From Candidatus Poribacteria bacterium (lineage in GTDB: Bacteria > Poribacteria > WGA-4E > PCPOR2b), in contig OZ244587.1 in assembly GCA_965218095.1 (NCBI GenBank), positions 1,824,001 through 1,888,000 of the forward strand: a stretch of DNA of 64,000 nucleotides, read 5' to 3'. Positions 52,950-61,211 of this stretch are shown here, in pieces. Position numbers and translations under genes: made by a program. Under the pieces are notes generated by a model that saw nothing but the letters and a program-made list of their open reading frames with translations, had not been told where the DNA came from and ran no database searches. Positions within the stretch are counted from its first letter, which is position 1; every line of letters begins with the position of its first letter.

Positions 52950-53690
52950 ACGTCGACTATCCCATCATCGGGGACGCCAAGCTAGTGCTGCAGCAGTTCA
53001 TAGAGGCCTGCAAAGACCTCCAAACCCAAGCATCAGCCGGAACGATAACAGTCGTGGAAGAGATCGCATTCGTTAGGCAAGAGTGGTTGAAGCAGTGGAT
53101 GCCCAAGCTCACATCGGATGGAGTCCCCATCACTCCCTACTGCGTCATCTGGGAGTTCATGAACAATGTTGACCCGGCAAAAGCTATCGTCACCCACGAC
53201 TCTGGAAGCCCTCGCGACCAGTTGATGCCCTTCTATCAGTCGGGAGGCCCTCGAACGTACCTGGGCTAGGGCAAGTCCCACGGGCTTGGACTTAACATCG
53301 GTGCGAAACTCGCCGCGCCCGACAAATTCGTGGTTAACTTCATGGGGGACGCCGCATTCGGGATGACGGAGCTGGACTTCGAGACGACTACCCGAAATAA
53401 CATACCGGTCCTCACCATAGTGCTTAACAACTCCACCATGGCTATAGAGACAACGCATATGGCCCGATCCCATGAGCGATACGGGACCCGGGACATTGGC
53501 GGAAACTATGCCGATATGGCGCTGGCTATGGGCGGATGGGCGGAGCAGATAGAAGACCCCGCAGACGTTGGCACAGCAATCCGGCGCGCCAGGAAGGCCA
53601 CCGAGGATGGGCAAGCGTCGCTGCTCGAATTCATCACCAGCGAGGAGATCGCCTTCTCACACAGGCGCCCCTTCTCACAGCTCACGATCG
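52950..53690 (+). pseudogene. 3' half of a TPP-dependent (acetolactate synthase-like) enzyme, fused to the 5' fragment of a secreted protein (52803-52950)
   Basis: VTHDSGSPRDQ...YLG*GKSHGLG...NFMGDAAFGM...LNN; TAG at 53267-53269. Confidence 0.82.
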
Positions 53691-53833
53691 GGGATTCTTC
53701 GCATCTGAAACCGCAGAGACCGCTGAGTGCGTAGAGAAATTCCGATTTAATACTTGTAGGACTTACGCAGCCGATGTGCAGAACCTGCGATTTCACCGTA
53801 TCGTGAATCTTGTATCCGTGTTTGTATCCCTGA

Positions 53834-55756
53834 TTAGGCATTCCGAAAATCAAGCATTGCTTGCCGATACGCCTCCGGCACCCCGATATCAAAGCGCCTC
53901 CCTTTGACGAGGTAACCAGAGAACTGATCTTCTTTCCGCAACTTATCCAGACAAGAGGTCAACTGAAACTCGCCGTGCTCGCGAAAATTATGGGTGATGT
54001 TTTCTTCCAGGTAGTCAAAGATCTGCGGCGTCAAAACATACATACCAAACACAGTGAGGAAATGATCTGCGTCCATCCCATCCACATGAAGATGCTGTCG
54101 GGCATACTCTGCATCGGGCTTTTCGTAGAACTCTGTTACTGAAAGGATCGAGTCCGGCTCCTGCCAGGCGCCGGTCACACAACCGAAGTGGTGAAGTTTA
54201 TCTACATGTGTGACCTTCAACCCGACTACGCTATGCCCGACACGATCATAGATATCCAGCAGTTGCCTTGTGCATGAAATCTCATTATCGGACGCATAGA
54301 GGTGGTCTCCCAGCATGAGCAGAAACGGTTCACCATTTACCCATTTTTGCGCACAAAAGACAGCGTGTCCGAATCCATCCTGAACGTCTTGTGTGACAAA
54401 CGAAATGCGACATCCCAAGTTCATCAGGTGCCGGCAATATTCTTGATCTTCCTTCGACAGTTTGTTGAAATTCTCGATTGCCGGCGGCGTCTTGAAGAAC
54501 TCTTCGAAGAGTTCCCGATCCCTGCTTTGCACAACAAGGCAGACCTCTTCAATTCCAGCATTGATTGCTTCTTCGACGATTGCCATAATGACGGGCTTGG
54601 GTCTACCGTCTCGGTCAATGATAGGGAAAAGCTCCTTCTTGATTGCCTTCGATGCGGGAAATAAACGAGTACCAAACCCCGCAGCCGGGATAACCGCTTT
54701 TCGCACACGCCGTCCCGCCTGAATGACCAGCTTTAAGCAAGACATCTTCAGGTCTCGCTCTATGATTTCGATGACCTTCTGCTGGCTCTCCTCATCTTTA
54801 ACGATAAATTGCGCGGAGCCATCTCCCTGCGATCCAACCCCTTTCCCGCCTAATATGTACGGCTGAATCAGCGCGTAGTTGAGGACTTTGTGAAGCACGG
54901 GGGCAGTCAACTGCAACGGACAGGCAGGTTGAAGGTGCGTATCGAATTCCGCCTGTGCCTTTTTCATCAATTCTCCAACGCTGGCTGCATCCCCTTGGTG
55001 CAACGCTTCGTGTGCTTCGTGGGTTATATTCGCACTGATTGGGCCCAGATATTTCTGGACGTTCCTTTGCATCTTGTTCTCAGCAAAGGGATAACAGTGG
55101 TTCAGTTGATTCAGTATCTCCCGCGTATCCTTACCCGCACCCAGATCGACGATAACGAAATGCAGGTCTTTCGGCACGTTGATCTCTTCGACATCGATCC
55201 GGTCCCCGTCAAAGGTCATCATGATAGGGCGACTCCCATACGCGCAGCCTTGATCCATCCGACCACAACGGGAAGGCGTAGTGATCTCGCCGATGTAGGC
55301 ATACTCCATTTCACCACGGACGGTCATTTTCAGGTCATAAACGCGGTTGAACCCGCGCGCAACAAGAACACAGATCGCCGCGCTTGATGAGAGGCCCTTC
55401 TTAACGGGAAGGTCGGTGAGGTAATTATCGATCTCCAGACCATGCACATGGTAGTGCATCAGAATTTGGTAGGCGACACCAGCGGCATAACTGAAAAAGC
55501 CCCCCTTTTCTGCTTCGGCAAGCAGCGTGTCACTTTCCATGGGCAATTCAAATGGTCCCTCGCGTGTGCCGTCACTCAGTGTGGTACGTAAAATCAGCTT
55601 GGTTGGATGAGGCTGCACTTCGGCATAAAGCCCTTGATTGGTGCCGGTGATGATTGTGTACCCTTTTTCTAAATCGGCGTTGGTACGACGATAGCCGCCG
55701 GCCCAATCGCTATGCTCACCAAAGAGACAGATACGTCCGGGCACAAAAATCCTCAT
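53834..55756 (-). CDS. Bifunctional GHMP sugar kinase / GalU-like sugar-1-phosphate nucleotidyltransferase
   Basis: PGRICLFGEHSD, PVKKGLSSSAA, GRMDQ; then KAVIPAAGFGTRLFPASKAIKKEL, GFGHAV, LGD, EKP, FDIG. Confidence 0.9.
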   Translation of the reverse strand: MRIFVPGRICLFGEHSDWAGGYRRTNADLEKGYTIITGTNQGLYAEVQPHPTKLILRTTLSDGTREGPFELPMESDTLLAEAEKGGFFSYAAGVAYQILMHYHVHGLEIDNYLTDLPVKKGLSSSAAICVLVARGFNRVYDLKMTVRGEMEYAYIGEITTPSRCGRMDQGCAYGSRPIMMTFDGDRIDVEEINVPKDLHFVIVDLGAGKDTREILNQLNHCYPFAENKMQRNVQKYLGPISANITHEAHEALHQGDAASVGELMKKAQAEFDTHLQPACPLQLTAPVLHKVLNYALIQPYILGGKGVGSQGDGSAQFIVKDEESQQKVIEIIERDLKMSCLKLVIQAGRRVRKAVIPAAGFGTRLFPASKAIKKELFPIIDRDGRPKPVIMAIVEEAINAGIEEVCLVVQSRDRELFEEFFKTPPAIENFNKLSKEDQEYCRHLMNLGCRISFVTQDVQDGFGHAVFCAQKWVNGEPFLLMLGDHLYASDNEISCTRQLLDIYDRVGHSVVGLKVTHVDKLHHFGCVTGAWQEPDSILSVTEFYEKPDAEYARQHLHVDGMDADHFLTVFGMYVLTPQIFDYLEENITHNFREHGEFQLTSCLDKLRKEDQFSGYLVKGRRFDIGVPEAYRQAMLDFRNA

Positions 55757-56001
55757 TATTTTGACTCCAACTTGTGTTATCTTCTCTAGTGTACGATAGG
55801 CTCCCTGACGAGATCTGATTTGAAAGAGATTTGAGAAAATCGATACAATCACGCAGAAATCAGGCTTCTCATGGGGAATTTCTAGAGGCTCTAAAAATCC
55901 GTGTCCTCTCTCAAAGAATATGGTATAACACCGTCATTATACGGATTGGAACACAAAATACAAGAACGAAATCCATGAAAGAAACGAAAGGAGAAAGTAC
56001 C

Positions 56002-56307
56002 ATGGCGAAGGTCGCGCTAGACCAAGTATTGGAGCAAGTGAAGATGTTGATGCTGGATGAGAAGCGTCAGTTGCGGCAAATGTTGGATGATCTATTGGAA
56101 TCATCTCCTCCAGAATCACTTGAGGAAGAGCTCGCACGAAGACTTCAAAAGGCCGGGCTAATTATCACTAGACCTCCCCCTATCACCGATTTCACGCCTT
56201 ATCAAAACCGCAAATTGGTTAAAGTTAAAGGAAAACCGGTGTCCGAGGTTCTCATTGAAGATCGTGATAAATGGCAGCATATTTCTTCGACAGCAGTGCG
56301 CTTGTGA
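56002..56307 (+). CDS. VapB-like antitoxin with probable C-terminal frameshift
   Basis: AAGGAG RBS; ends GKPVSEVLIEDR, typical of VapB-like tails, then reads into vapC. Confidence 0.6.
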   Translation: MAKVALDQVLEQVKMLMLDEKRQLRQMLDDLLESSPPESLEEELARRLQKAGLIITRPPPITDFTPYQNRKLVKVKGKPVSEVLIEDRDKWQHISSTAVRL

Positions 56308-56640
56308 AACGCTACATAAGTGAGATTGGTTCGGCACGGGTTATGGGCATCACAGGCCCTGCGACGGACAACTCCATCCATATTGTGCGCATTACGGGGG
56401 CAGAAGCGGGTTGGACGGAGTAGCAATATCTCTGTGACCGAAGCAACCAATGCCATTTCGGACTTTCGCCATGATTTCACCAATGGGTATCACATCGTCG
56501 AAGTTTACATCTGGGCTGATTCAGCACGCCATGACCTTAGCCGAGACACATGCCTCATGTGGTTACGATGCTGTGCAGTTAGCCGCGGCTTTGACGGATC
56601 TTATCACCAAAACCTCACCAGCATTGTAGATTTTTTTTGT
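56271..56640 (+). pseudogene. vapC: VapC PIN-domain toxin
   Basis: MAAYFFDSSALVKRY...; GYDAVQLAAAL appears later in another frame; several frameshifts. Confidence 0.82.
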
Positions 56641-56676
56641 TGTAGACCGGGGCGACGGTGGGAGTGAGGGAGGCAA

Positions 56677-56799
56677 TTGTCTGAATCGCGGATTGTTGCA
56701 GATTTATGGATTTCGCGAATTAAGGCTTTCGCCGGTACAGGTTTTAATCCGCGAAATCCGCGAAATCCGCGTTATCCGTTTAATTCGCGATTCTGATAA
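56677..56799. repeat. MITE-like repeat with internal 9-bp AATCCGCGA iterations
   Basis: TTGTCTGAATCGCGGATT ... AATTCGCGATTCTGATAA; related halves near 60930, 11205 and 17212. Confidence 0.7.
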
Positions 56800-56820
56800 G
56801 GGAATACCGACAAACCACCA

Positions 56821-59800
56821 TCAAAACTGGACGCCCGCAAAGAATCCGGGCCAAACACAAATGGTTACATCGACATCGTCCGGTCGGACCACGTGGCCGA
56901 ATCCGTATCCAAAATCCGAAGTGTCCTGTCTATCTGAGACGAGGAGGTTGAGCGAAATCCCACCAAAGACACTAAACCACTTGTGCTGTTCCCAGCCGAC
57001 TGCGAAGCGTAGTTTGTTCAAGAGGCTGTGTTCATCCTCCCACCAGTCATCCCAATCCCAATCATCGGTATAAAGCACCGGGCGAATCGTGGCATCAACG
57101 TTGAGAAAAAGTCGCTTACCGAGTGGAATATGCCCACCCATACCAAACCCCCACGACCATCTGCCCAAATCGCCGTGTGGATAACTGCCGACCACGAACA
57201 GGCTATAAACGTGTCGGCTACCGAGACGAATCCCAAGGTTTGCAACCTCCGTATCGCTACCCCACAATTGCAGGTGCAGTGGATTGTCCCTAACAAAGCT
57301 GATTAATCCGATCGGGATGCCGGACATCCGTCTGGAGACGTTGAGAAGCCCTACCTGCGACGTTCCCACATGTCCAGCGATATTGAGAAGTCCAATCTGT
57401 GTCCCAATCCCACCGGGCGCAATATTGACCATGCTAATCTGTGTGCCGGCAGTCGAGATGCCCGCGTTTTGGTGCCAGCCAAGCGCGATATTGCTGATTA
57501 GGCTGAGTTGCATCCCCTCCAAATGCCCGGTAATGTTACCGCCGACTGCGGTTTGTAGACTTCGACCTTGCACATTCCCTCCGACGAAGTTCAGTCCGCC
57601 GGCTGCCTGCCAGCCGCGAAGGTCGCGGGCGACGAGATTACCCCCGACTGCGGCTTGAACTCCCCGCGCACCTCCACCGACCACATTGCCGCCTCCTACC
57701 ACTTGGAAGCCGTCAAGGTTGCCGCCGCTAACGTTGAGACCCACCGAGGCTTGGAAACCCTCCACGTTTCTGCCGGCGATGTTGGCACCGATTGCGGCTT
57801 GTAGACCGCGACTTAGCACATTCTCTCCGACGAGGTTTAGTCCGTAGGCGATCTGCAAACCCTGAAAGTTGCGCGCTGCAAAATTACCCCCGATAGCGGC
57901 TTGAATGCCTCGCACACTTCCACCGGCAGCATTGACCCCTACTGCCGCTTGAAAGCCATCAAGGTCGCCGCCGATGGCATTGAGACCACCCGAGGCTTGG
58001 AAACCCTCCACGTTTCTGCCGACAGTGTTGAACCCGGTTGAGACTTGAAAACCATCTACATTTCCACCGACGATATTGCCCACCCCAGCAAATTGCGCGC
58101 CCCGCGCTTCAAGGCCCTTCATGTTCAAAACCCCTCCCAATTCGATGCCATCAAGTTTCGTATGATAGCCCGCAATGATGTTGAGGGAAAGGTTCGTTGT
58201 GACATTGCGGTTGAGGGCACGAACTCCGACAGTGCTTATCCACGGAATCAGTGAAATCGTCACAGGCAGATGCAAATCGCTATCTTTTGCGGTTCGCGGC
58301 ACAACACCACCATCCTTCTCTAAAGGGGAGAAGGGTTCTAAGTCGCGGGTGGGTTGAGGTGGAGGAACCTGGGTAATTCGGGGGGGCAATCCCTCATTGT
58401 TGATTACCGGCGGATCAATCCCTTGGTGGTTCAGCAGTGAGATATATTTCCCGTTATAAAAAACACGGGGTGTAATCTGCTGTGGGTAGCGTAGCTCATC
58501 GGACAGGTGGGAATGCCATTCCTCGATGCCGCGTGTCACATAATCCAACAGCCCCAACACCGTGACGGTCCCATCGGGGCTCGCTGCGCCCCGGTCTTGA
58601 TAGTCACCGCTCAACCCTTTGAGCAGGAAGTAGGTGAACAGCCCATGTTTCAGTCGCGGAACTTCAGGCGCCCACTGGTTGCTATCACACGCAGTGAAGA
58701 TGATGTTACTCTCTTCACTATAACGTGACAACGCCGCAACAAAGTGCTCCTTCGGTGCTACCCGACACGCATCGACGATGACAAAACGGTGTTTCGCGTT
58801 TGCGCGATTGAGAATCGCAAACAGATTTTCGAGACTCAGTCCACTGTCCACGAGTGGATCGGTGACATCCATCGGCAGAAAGTAACCTGTTCCATCGACA
58901 TCCTCTCCATGCCCGGAGAGATAAACGGTCAGCAGATCTACCGCTTCAAGCTGAGCGTGTCGTTGGAGCTGCTCAATCACATTCGCCTTCGTCGGCTGAA
59001 TCAGGCTATCGGGTGTCATCAACGTCACATTGACGCCTGCGTCTTGGAACACCTGCGCGACCGCTTTGGCATCATCAGCGGCATACTTGAGCGACTGGAA
59101 GGGGGACGGATAGGCATCCACACCGATAACAACCGCCCAATGTCGCATATTGACACCGCTCGCAGCCCCCAGCTGGAAATTACCACCACCGGCAAGAGCC
59201 AACGCCCGCTGACTCACCTCTATCGTCTGCCCTTTTATCGTCGTGAGGGTTAATGTTTTCTCCTGCTCCACCATCAAGTCGGTAGGGAGAAACGTCTCAT
59301 CGAAGCGGTTTTCTGGGCCCTCAAGGACAGGTTGCCACGCCAGATTCCACTGTTTGTGGTCGTTCTGGACGTGCTGAACGAGTTGTCGGTACGTCAGTTT
59401 GTCGTGCCGTTGCGCCCCAATCGCCTGATTTGCAGGACTTAGCAAGTGGGAGAACATCCGCCGATAGAGGGAATAGGTCATCGCGCTGACAGGTAGATAG
59501 GTTTTGCCAATCGGGATGCGTAGTTCGTGAACGACTTGATTGTAGGCAGCAGCCGCCAGCAGTAGTGCAAAATCAGCGGATTCATCTAAGATGTCCTCCG
59601 TATGGCTTACAGTCTGGGTAGGTTGAACGTTTGCCGTTGGGGTATCCGTCACCGGCGTGCCTTTGGGTCGTCCCAGACGAATCTCTCGGAGTATATCGCC
59701 GGAGTAGCATGTGTCGATAATGCAGGAAACCTCCCGCGTCGGAAGCTCTTGGAGTAAGATGTTGAGTTCATCATCCAGCAGGTACGTCTTTGGCGATGCC

Positions 59801-60225
59801 AGATTTGCGTCCACAGGCAATAGGGCTTCGTCGTTCCTATCCGGATATCGCCCCTTCGCTTCATCGCCCGGAAAAGTTCCGAGTTTGTCAATAATCTGCG
59901 TCCCGTGTCCGCTAAAATAGAAAAGCAGGCTATCAGAAGGGGTCAGGCGTCGGCTGAGTTCTCGAAATTTACGCTGAATCTGCGCCTTATTCGGATTGGT
60001 CAGGATGTGCATCTGCGTCTGTGTGACGCCGTGCGTAGAGAGGACCGCTTCCATCAGCTTCAAGTCGTTTGGCGGAGCGTCAAGCTGCAAGTTTGGATTT
60101 GCATAGTCCCAAACACCCACCAGGATGGCGTGTTGCTCGGCGTGGGCAAACTGTGAAAACATCACGAAAAGACTAAAGACCGGAAGCACCCATCGAATCG
60201 TTGACCCCAAGCTATTTTGAGACAT
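56821..60225 (-). CDS. Exported protein with two caspase-like (peptidase C14) domains, Gly-rich 16-aa repeats and a probable outer-membrane beta-barrel C-terminus
   Basis: Signal peptide (AHA-E); domain 1 FSGHG/DTCYSG; domain 2 LSGHG/DACR with HGLFT; GxQxxxGxN repeats; amphipathic beta strands ending in F. Confidence 0.88.
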   Translation of the reverse strand: MSQNSLGSTIRWVLPVFSLFVMFSQFAHAEQHAILVGVWDYANPNLQLDAPPNDLKLMEAVLSTHGVTQTQMHILTNPNKAQIQRKFRELSRRLTPSDSLLFYFSGHGTQIIDKLGTFPGDEAKGRYPDRNDEALLPVDANLASPKTYLLDDELNILLQELPTREVSCIIDTCYSGDILREIRLGRPKGTPVTDTPTANVQPTQTVSHTEDILDESADFALLLAAAAYNQVVHELRIPIGKTYLPVSAMTYSLYRRMFSHLLSPANQAIGAQRHDKLTYRQLVQHVQNDHKQWNLAWQPVLEGPENRFDETFLPTDLMVEQEKTLTLTTIKGQTIEVSQRALALAGGGNFQLGAASGVNMRHWAVVIGVDAYPSPFQSLKYAADDAKAVAQVFQDAGVNVTLMTPDSLIQPTKANVIEQLQRHAQLEAVDLLTVYLSGHGEDVDGTGYFLPMDVTDPLVDSGLSLENLFAILNRANAKHRFVIVDACRVAPKEHFVAALSRYSEESNIIFTACDSNQWAPEVPRLKHGLFTYFLLKGLSGDYQDRGAASPDGTVTVLGLLDYVTRGIEEWHSHLSDELRYPQQITPRVFYNGKYISLLNHQGIDPPVINNEGLPPRITQVPPPQPTRDLEPFSPLEKDGGVVPRTAKDSDLHLPVTISLIPWISTVGVRALNRNVTTNLSLNIIAGYHTKLDGIELGGVLNMKGLEARGAQFAGVGNIVGGNVDGFQVSTGFNTVGRNVEGFQASGGLNAIGGDLDGFQAAVGVNAAGGSVRGIQAAIGGNFAARNFQGLQIAYGLNLVGENVLSRGLQAAIGANIAGRNVEGFQASVGLNVSGGNLDGFQVVGGGNVVGGGARGVQAAVGGNLVARDLRGWQAAGGLNFVGGNVQGRSLQTAVGGNITGHLEGMQLSLISNIALGWHQNAGISTAGTQISMVNIAPGGIGTQIGLLNIAGHVGTSQVGLLNVSRRMSGIPIGLISFVRDNPLHLQLWGSDTEVANLGIRLGSRHVYSLFVVGSYPHGDLGRWSWGFGMGGHIPLGKRLFLNVDATIRPVLYTDDWDWDDWWEDEHSLLNKLRFAVGWEQHKWFSVFGGISLNLLVSDRQDTSDFGYGFGHVVRPDDVDVTICVWPGFFAGVQF

Positions 60226-60889
60226 TGTGCGCTCCTTTCGTAAAATTTTCCAGCAGTTCTAAAAAACGCCGCTGCTCGAGCGATAGCTTCTCCGCCAAGG
60301 CGTCGCGCTCAACGGTGGTAAGCGAACCCAATTTGAGTCGAGATTGGTAGAGTTCGACCAGTTTGACGTGCATCGCGAGGTCTTCGGGATGCATCTTCAA
60401 AAACGTTTCAACCGCTTCGATTGAGGCGGCGAGTTGTCCTGCGTTCGTTGGTTCGGGCACAATGAGAAACTCCAACATCCCCTCCGCTGAGAGGGGCGGG
60501 GGCCCCGTATTTTCACCGCCCTTTCGTGCGCCCCACTCTATCGACAGATTGAGCGGGGAGAAAATCGACACAGCGAACATCAAAATCACCACCGCGCCTG
60601 CCGCCGAAGGCACCCACAACGGTATCCGCATTCCAAACCACTTCCGGATGCGCGTCCAAAATGACGGTTGCTCAAGTGGCGGCACCTGTGGTGCTTTCAT
60701 CGGAAAGTGTCCAGCTCGGACGGCTGCCCCGAGGTCGTGCAGCGATTTTTCTGTCTCTTGCAAAATTGTATGTCTCCGCTCGCATGCTTCACATTTGAGA
60801 AGATGGGCGCGGATGGGTTTCGATGCGCGAGCGGACAAATCTTTATCAATGTAGTGGAGCAGTTTTTTCTGCACACGACTGCATTTCAT
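60212..60889 (-). CDS. Zinc-binding (zf-HC2/ZAS) transmembrane anti-sigma factor
   Basis: HLLKCEAC (HxxxCxxC), one TM helix, about 100-aa extracytoplasmic domain; overlaps the caspase gene by 14 bp. Confidence 0.88.
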   Translation of the reverse strand: MKCSRVQKKLLHYIDKDLSARASKPIRAHLLKCEACERRHTILQETEKSLHDLGAAVRAGHFPMKAPQVPPLEQPSFWTRIRKWFGMRIPLWVPSAAGAVVILMFAVSIFSPLNLSIEWGARKGGENTGPPPLSAEGMLEFLIVPEPTNAGQLAASIEAVETFLKMHPEDLAMHVKLVELYQSRLKLGSLTTVERDALAEKLSLEQRRFLELLENFTKGAHNVSK

Positions 60890-61211
60890 CGGTGTTCAAC
60901 CTCCTTTTATGATGGGCTGTGGGCTATTGTTGTCTGAATCACGGATTAAACAGATGACGCAGATGACACGGATTAAGAACCAACTCTATCGGGTGGTAGG
61001 ACGCGCTGTGTACCCCTTATGGAAGCGCATAGAAGCCGCGGGGGCTGTGTCGCCGTTTTCAAAAACCTGATTTTCCATGAGAAAGAGGCACCCCCGGAAT
61101 AATGAGCACCCCTCAAATCGATAAATCCTTTGCGCCTTTGCGTCCCCCGAAATCGGGATTAAGAAACTCGCGCCCTTGCGTTGAATGCTTGAATTTATGA
61201 TTGAAAATTGC

